From positions 58,962,001-59,026,000 of the forward strand of contig OX597822.1 of assembly GCA_951406725.2 (NCBI GenBank): a stretch of 64,000 nt of DNA. The letters run 5' to 3'. The notes beneath the pieces were generated by a model. The model saw nothing but the letters and a program-made list of their open reading frames with translations, made no database searches and was not told where the DNA came from. Position 1 is the first letter of the stretch. The number at the start of each line of letters is the position of its first letter. The DNA is from Octopus vulgaris. Taxonomy: Eukaryota. The position numbers and the translations under genes were made by a program. This document shows, piece after piece, positions 56,643 through 64,000 of this stretch.

Positions 56643-57130
56643 AATATATCGGGTGCAGACTGTATTGAATAACAAGATGGAGGATGCGTCCTCCTAGGAT
56701 TAAAATGGTAGCAACGTAAGTTCTTACAAAACAGTTATATTGAAGTGGTGATAAACATTACTTCTCAGTATAGTTACTGTGTTCATCTCTGGAAGAGATT
56801 TTTTAACTAGCTAATTTGTTTGTTGCAAGATCAGTGACTGGTTGTCAGTTATTTTTCTATATATTGCGAGCTGGAGCGAACTGCAGCTTTCTGTAGCAGA
56901 CGAGTATCTCTATCACTGAGGATGAGCACAAATGACTCGAAACCGTACGGTCTGGTGGTCCCATTGCTGGAAGTTGGTAGGGGTTCGCTCCCCTGCTTGC
57001 AATATATATCGGGTGCAGATTGCATCGAATAACCGGATGGAGGAAGAGCTCTATTAGGGTTAAAATGGTAGTAACGTCAGTTTCTGCGGAACAGCCATAT
57101 TGAAGTGGCGATAAACATTACTTCACTGTA
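56643..57130 (+). mobile_element. Hammerhead-containing partial tandem element (360-bp period)
   Basis: Direct repeats 56643-56770 and 57003-57130 flank the hammerhead motif. Confidence 0.7.
56912..56956 (+). ncRNA. Type I hammerhead ribozyme motif
   Basis: AUCA-CUGAGGA-u-GAG(cacaaauga)CUC-GAAA-CCGUACGG-UC-UGGU; palindromic stem III, GUC triplet with the predicted cut after 56952. Confidence 0.75.
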
Positions 57131-57349
57131 AAAATTATTTTTGAATAAGTAATTTTTACACTATGGTAGTTTTAACAGTATAATATCTTTGTTTGAAGTT
57201 GTGTTGTGTTAGATGGCAGTTAACCTCAATGTGGTATTTCGACATAAAAATAGAAAATTTCTCGTCGCTGACAATGAGACACGTGTCGTCAAAAACGACA
57301 GCTTCTTTTCTCTTATAACATTTTCTACTGGGCCACCGTTCGGTTAAAT

Positions 57350-57594
57350 CGATGGTTCTCAACCGGGGTCCATGTGACCTTGAGCGTTCATGTATGATTT
57401 TATTAAAATTTATGTACACTAAATTAGTCTTCTACAATACACACAATATTTTTATAATTTTTAATACAATTATTGATGATATTTAATTATAAAAATATAA
57501 TAGGAATTTTTAAACATCGAATGGCTATGAGGCTCCAGTAGAATAAAATAAGAAACAAACGGGGTTCATAGGTAAAAATAGTTGAGAAACACTG
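57350..57594. mobile_element. hAT-like MITE with 8-bp TSD
   Basis: C..TGGTTCTCAAC...GTTGAGAAACACTG; flanks GGTTAAAT / GGTTATAT (7/8 identical). Confidence 0.8.
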
Positions 57595-58035
57595 GGTTAT
57601 ATGATAATTATTAAAATTCAATTTAAAGTGAAGATACTATATTTACAAAAATTATTTACAAATCATTGAAAGAGTTACATTTAAATATCATTATTATAGC
57701 AAAAGTGCTTTCATTATAAAAAACCAATATAAAACTGTGAGATTCATAAAAAATTTCCTTGCTTTCCATAGTTTTTATTTGTATATTTAGTTTGCTCTTA
57801 TTTTTCGTTTTATTAAAATAACATAAAGTTAACCTCTCACTCTAATCCATTCTCATTTTAATTCTGACACTCTCACTCTTTCTCTGAAAGTCACGCAGGA
57901 CGCTGTAATAAACACTGCATACTACCACTCACTTTCATTTTACTTCTTATACAGGCACTCATGTACTCTCTATTTGTCGTTCGACAGCTTCCTCTTCAAC
58001 ATTGCTAATTATTATATGTGGATATACACATACAC

Positions 58036-58068
<33 letters not shown>

Positions 58069-58570
58069 TGTATGTATGTATGTATGTATGTATGTATGTA
58101 TGTATGTATGTATGTATCTATGTATGTATGTATGTGTGTGTGCCTGTGTATGTGTATGTGCGTGTGCATGCGTATGTGTACTAATTTTTTCCGTTGTTAT
58201 TGTGTAGCCGAGCCAGCATTGATTGAGCAAATATATTATCAAAACACATCAACCGTAACTTCCATTTTTTTTCCAGATAATGCATACATTATCCCCAATG
58301 TCATTTCTATATATATTTAAGAGTAACTTTTTTTTATCGGAAGATTTAGGTGCTATTTCTTCAGGTAAAACTACTGCGTAGATGTACCCTCGGACATCTC
58401 ACACTCACTCTTGTATTTCTATTCAGATATTAAATTCTAATTTTTCTTTTTAAATACAAACTACAAGCCTCACGTGTGATCAAGAAAATTGTAGTGGGCA
58501 AGGTTTATTTATCTGTAAACGGTACAAGTGAAACTTAAGAACTGGTCTTCGGTAAAAATTATTTCTAATA

Positions 58571-59135
58571 TATTGGGTTGTCCAGAAAGTTCGTGCCGAT
58601 TTATAGTAGCTTACCTTTCGACTTATTTTAGAACATGGTTGAGTCCATAAAATAGGATTTGACTACACCTCCATTTCGAGCACCGTTTAAGCTATCTTTT
58701 CGTGGAAGAAGATTTATGTTCCTATAACCTGTGTTAATTCTGTAACCCTTTAAAATGGAAGATAAGAAAGTTTATTTTCGGCACTTGATGCTTTGGGAAG
58801 CAGAGAAAAATTGCTGCAGCTCGGCTGGGATGTGTTACCCCACCCTCCATATTCACCAGATATTGCTCCTTCGAATTTCCACTTATTCAAATCTCTGCAG
58901 AATAGTCTTAATGGTAAAAATTTCTTTGGATGACGTAAAAAGATAGCTTGATGAATTCTTTGCCATGAAACCACCTCAATTCTGAGAAGAGGGTATTTTC
59001 AAATTAAAGGAAAGATGGAAACGTATTGTGCAAGAAAATGGTTCATATTTGGTTGATTAAAAATGTAATGGCAAGTATTTATTGACCTTTTTCTTTCCTT
59101 TAAAAATCGGCACGAACTTTCCGGACAACCGAATA
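58571..59135 (+). mobile_element. Internally deleted non-autonomous mariner (copy 3)
   Basis: Same TIRs and deletion junction as copies 1 and 2. Confidence 0.9.
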
Positions 59136-59653
59136 GTTATAAAGGATGCAATGTTAGGAATACAGTCTAGTTGTTAATATAGAACTCAGTACTTGACTGG
59201 TACTATATTTTAATGACCCCAGAAGAATAAAAAACGAAGTTGACTTTGATGGGATTTAAACGGGATGTAAAGCGCAGTAATAAATATCACAAGTCATTTT
59301 GTCTGCCTTTTTACTAAATTATCGGCTCAGTCTTCGGTAATAATCATAACTGATAGTTATTAATGCGTTCTTTATTCCTTATATGGCCATGATAAGGTAC
59401 TAACAAAAACTTCTGCAGTGTGTATGTGTGCGCGTGCGCGTATTAAGATGTGTATGTAGTGTTGCGTGAACGTTGTAGGTGTGTATGTGTGTGCGTGTGT
59501 TGATATTTTGAACAGTGTTCATATTCATTTATTCATGCCTTAGTTTCTTTGAATGCCTTGAAGAACCTGTTTGTCTGAAATAAAAAAAAAATGTCGGTTT
59601 TCTGGTTATTTTCTGATATTTACTTGTACCTCATACAACAACAACAACAACAA

Positions 59654-59695
<42 letters not shown>

Positions 59696-59879
59696 CAACA
59701 ACAAAGGGATGCCTAATTATTCTGTAGTGTCTTTTCCTCTTTAACTTCTCAGTAATAAGGAATATATTCTTTAGATTCAGATCAACTTCATACACTCGTG
59801 AGATGTTACTTTAACCCTCATTGAAAAATGTAACATCAGCTTGTTACACAGATATAAATATAGCGTCAATTAAGCATTC

Positions 59880-60880
59880 GTTGTTGTTTTTGTTTAAGTT
59901 ATTCGAAAGAAGAGGAGACGTGTCCGTGACCCTTGCAGGTCACACTCATAAACTAGTGAAAGGATATTGGTGTCAAGGTCAATATCTACGTGGAAAAAAG
60001 AAACAAACAAAAAACGTGGGCGTGAAACAAACCTGACTCTGGTCTGAATGCTTTGATTACTGAAAAACTCCCATTAAATACAGACCAAAAGGAAGTATAT
60101 CTTAACCCAGGAGCTCTGCCTGCTAGAGCGAAAAGTAATGTATGCCATTATCTTGCATTTGATAGAAACTTTAGAGTGAAATAATTTCGGTGTACACAGT
60201 TAGTTAAATCAGAAAGAAGAAAAATTCTGCCAATACCCGAAGACCTCATGAGATGACAATCGAACATGATGTTGCCCGTGACAAGGAACGCGTAATCAAG
60301 GAATATACTATAAGAACGTGTTTGCTAAAACATTATTTTATATCAATATTAAGGCCATTCGATTGGTTGCTTCATGAGATCCGGACCATTGACGTTAAAA
60401 CTCGAAAATTATTTATCGGCTGTATGGTTAAGAAGCTCGCTTTGCAATGAGTTCGAGTTCAGTCCTACTACACAGCACCCTGGGACGATCTATGCTGCGT
60501 GAGTGGATTTAGTTGACGGAAACTGTGTGGAAGCCCGTCCTTTATATGTTTGTGTCTTCGTGCTTTTCGTCATGTAAACATGAAGTAAATAACATCACGA
60601 GTGTCGGAAATGAGCTCCCAGAAAGTATTCCCTGAATCAGACCAAGGGGTATACACTCAGAGAAGTTGAATACCTCTAATGCATCAGTATTATACGAAGA
60701 AGAATTGTATGTAAACCAGCAGAAGTTGATGCATGGGTATGTTCTAAGAAAGCTTCAGAGTGACAGCAACATTGATAAGCAAAATAATCTTGGGTTAACT
60801 CACAGGATACTAGCTCTCTGTCTGAAAGAATTGGTTTTGAGATACAGGAATGATCATATACTCTTTATTCTCGAGTATAT
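59880..60880 (+). mobile_element. Highly degraded R4/Dong-like LINE fragment, interrupted by a SINE remnant (~60420-60560)
   Basis: IEH...KERVIKEY, DWLLHEIRTIDVKTRKLF and QQKLMHGY..KLQSDSNIDKQ resemble the post-RT motifs of R4-clade ORFs (recognised by eye). Confidence 0.55.
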
Positions 60881-61627
60881 GATAATCAATTCTACCAAAG
60901 TTACAAGGCCTGAAATTTTTGGGCAGGAGACTAGTCGATTACATCGACCCCAGTATTTGACTGGTACTTAATTTATCGACCACGAAAGAATGAAAGGCAA
61001 AATCGACCTCGGCGGAATTTGAACACAGAACGTAAAGACAGACATCTCGAGTATAAGATAACGCCAGTATATTAAGCGATGCCTGTGCATGATGCTTTTT
61101 TAAAGTGCGGAGAGGCATTGCACACAGCCAAACCCAGTCCCTGAACAACGATGACAGATACCCCCAAAAGAAGAAGCAGTCAACATCATTGACTGCCACC
61201 AAGTCACAGGCTTTACATCAGAATTTTCTTTTACCTAGAGTGGTGTACTAACAAGGGCCTAGGGGGTCACTCACTCCCAGTCTCCCAGTAATCGGGTACA
61301 TCAGGCCTACATTCTCTGCTGACTCAACATGTGCTTACCCATTGTTGAAAACTTGTCTATCCTCTGCGCAGCCACTATGTTTTCTGCAGCGAAGTCAGCC
61401 GTTCGTTGATGATTGCTACAGGAACTACCGCTGTTCATGAGAAATAGCTGGACCAAGCTTTGCATAAAATATTGGATGGTTGTTGACTTTAATGAGTTCA
61501 TCCATCCTTTGATATATATGTGTGTGTATGTATGTATGTATGTATGTATGTATGTATGTATGTATGTATGTATGTATGTATGTATGTATGTGTGTATGTA
61601 TGTATATATATATATATATATATATAA

Positions 61628-62195
61628 TTTTAATCCAAACGGGAAAACAAAAAAACAACAACAGTGGAACAATTACAGTATTATTATTAATAGGCGCTCA
61701 GGAAATATGGAAGCAGGAAGGTATGACGTTTCGAGCGGAGCTCTTCGTCGGAAACATAAAGAAGGAAGAGAGAGGAAAGAAAGATCCCAAAGTGGGCAAC
61801 AAGAGATGGAGAAAAAAACGACTGGTGTTTACGAAGTACACATGGTGAAATATATATATATATGTATGTATGTATATATGTATATATCACAATCAAGGAA
61901 CGGCCATAATAGGCCATTCACCCACTAGAAATAACAGCCAAAAGCTTTAACCGCAAAATAACATTAATACCGTAAATCAGGAGAAAATTGAAAAACTTTT
62001 AGGGTGGCAAAAAAATTTTGTAGAATTCTTTTGCCACCAGCGGCCTAGTAGGAAAAAATTAAATAGTCATTTGGTGGCAAAAGAATTCTGCAAAATTTTT
62101 TTGCCACCCTATATTGATTAATTATGAATTTTCTGGTTAGTTAGGCCGCTGGTGGCAAAAGAATTCTACAAAATTTTTTTGCCACCCTATATTGA

Positions 62196-62226
<31 letters not shown>

Positions 62227-62718
62227 GTAAATTCAAAAGAACAGAGAAAAAAAAACAAACGTTTGGACGTGGCAAAATCGATGTATTAAGACGCTCAGAG
62301 AAAGAAAAGAGAAGTTTTACGTTTCCAGCATAGCTCTTCTTCGGAAATAGGAAAAAACAGGTGAGTCCAAGACGAAGATGGAAAAAAATCACCAACAATC
62401 ACGTGCGGTTACATTTTTTAAAGTGACCAGATGTAGGGATATATATATATAATATTGTTGAATTATATATATATATATATATGTATGTATGTGTGTGTGG
62501 TGGGTGTATGTGTATTTGTATATATCAGTCGCCATGATTGACCACTAACTCCAAAAGATTTTTTATTCTCTCTCTGCTTATTTCCTCGTGTTCCTTTCTG
62601 TTGAAGAGCGTAGGCTCGAAACGTAAAAGACTTTTTCACCTTCCCGAGCATCAAACTCACACCTTCTTGTTGTTTATACACCTGTCTTCGTCTTTTGTTT
62701 TTCTGTAAATTTCAACTA
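61628..62718. mobile_element. Three (TA)n-flanked repeats with decayed hammerhead cores
   Basis: CCGACGAAGAGCTCCGCTCGAAACGTC (-, 61725-61751); CCGAAGAAGAGCTATGCTGGAAACGT (-, ~62318-62345); CTGTTGAAGAGCGTAGGCTCGAAACGT (+, 62598-62624). Confidence 0.55.
62000..62202. repeat. Triplicated hairpin motif GGTGGCAAAA..N16..TTTTGCCACC
   Basis: One forward and two reverse copies, each self-complementary at its ends. Confidence 0.85.
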
Positions 62719-63572
62719 TATATGTGTGTGTGTGTGTGTGTATACGTACACACATACATGCATGCATACATACACATATACATGTATGTAATATATATGT
62801 ATATAATGTATATAATGCGTATGTATGTGCATATATATGAATATATATGTATATATAGGCATGCATATATATATATTATATATATATACACACAAATATG
62901 TATATGTATACATATATATGCATACATGCACATGCATATACACACATGCTGCAACAGCAGCAATAAAGAAATAACAAAACCCCTATACAAAATGATCAAT
63001 AACATTTCATTCTGTCTAAATATCCATGATTCATATCTCTGTCAAATGATATCGTTGAAAATCCTTTTATATTTTTCTCATCTAGAGTATCGATATCATC
63101 CTTAGCAATGTTAAACATCTTCATCTGTAAATGATATCAAAATGCAATGTGTTATCGACATTTACTGAAATTATTATCTGTTCCAGGCGGCACAATTGTT
63201 CTCTGGTTGTAAAGCAGAAACAAGAATTTCTATCAATACTTTTTAACACGCGTAGAAATGTAAATGTTGAGATCACCGATAAGGAAGCAACTGAAACGGA
63301 AATGTTTCACATATCTCCATAGAGAAATATTGGCTAAATAAATTGAAATGGTACCGAGTTGCGAATTCATATTAATTTCACAGCAAGATTTCATGCATGT
63401 AAATATAAAATCGGATTTCCACTCAACCGCCATTTATATTTTTGTTTGTATGTATGTATGTATGTATGTATGTATGTATGTATGTATGTATGTATGTATG
63501 TATGTATGTATGTATGTATGTATGTATGAATCAGTTTACCACTGATTCATTCATCATAGATCCGAGATAACA

Positions 63573-64000
63573 CAGTACACTCAATTGTGGACCATGTTAT
63601 GTTTATCACCGATGATCTATGATAACACGGGTCGGCGACTAAAGATTTTGCTGCAACCGCAAAAGCACGCCCACAATGCTCAGCTACCCAGAATGCACTG
63701 ACCATCGCTTGCGTTCACATCACCATGCGTACTTTTTATACGAATTTATGCACACATACCAATTAACACGTAACCAGTGAACAGAAAAAGCACGAAGTTG
63801 CTTGATCCTAACAAACGACAAAGATGTGTGTATTCTCTAGAGAAAAGGCGGAGATCATCCAGAAAATACGTAATTCTTGAAGCTTCGTAGCTGTTGACCA
63901 CGAATTTAGTGCTAATGAATCTACCATTTTTTGCATTTACAAAGTTCGTAAGGATATCACGAAAGCATTCATGGATTCATTTAACACGGTTTTGTTTTTG
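63573..64000 (+). mobile_element. pogo/Tigger-like transposon 5' remnant
   Basis: From ~63810, with one frameshift: KRQRCVYSLE/KAEIIQKIRNS*SFVAVDHEFSANESTIFCIYK, matching the CENP-B/psq HTH pattern. Confidence 0.6.

Noticed and set aside
59636-59704. (CAA)n(CAG)n(CAA)n polyQ-like tract
   Set aside because: It is not within a supported ORF or exon, so it is treated as a microsatellite.

Overview
AT-rich, repeat-saturated eukaryotic DNA. The tRNA-headed SINE families and the density of (TA)n/(CA)n/(ATGT)n/(TTA)n microsatellites point to an octopus genome, probably an intron or intergenic region (inference). Most ORFs in the supplied track are microsatellite or SINE artefacts. Supported content: many copies of three SINE families; LINE fragments (two RTE, one CR1-like, one R4/Dong-like, one Penelope-like RT remnant); mariner elements, including three copies sharing one internal deletion and an old copy split by the CR1 insertion; a pogo/Tigger remnant; hAT-like MITEs; Helitron-like elements; and one good minus-strand exon candidate (15315-15422). 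The most notable signal is three intact-looking type I hammerhead ribozyme motifs (4998-5049 -, 49456-49507 +, 56912-56956 +) with palindromic stem III. Two of them lie inside 330/360-bp partial tandem units, as in retrozymes or Penelope pseudo-LTRs, and a family of (TA)n-embedded repeats carries decayed hammerhead cores. Also unusual are a GC-rich 70-bp dumbbell-palindrome concatemer at the 5' break of an RTE LINE, a bipartite non-autonomous RTE derivative, and recurrent fold-back inverted duplications. All calls were made by eye, with no database search or folding program.
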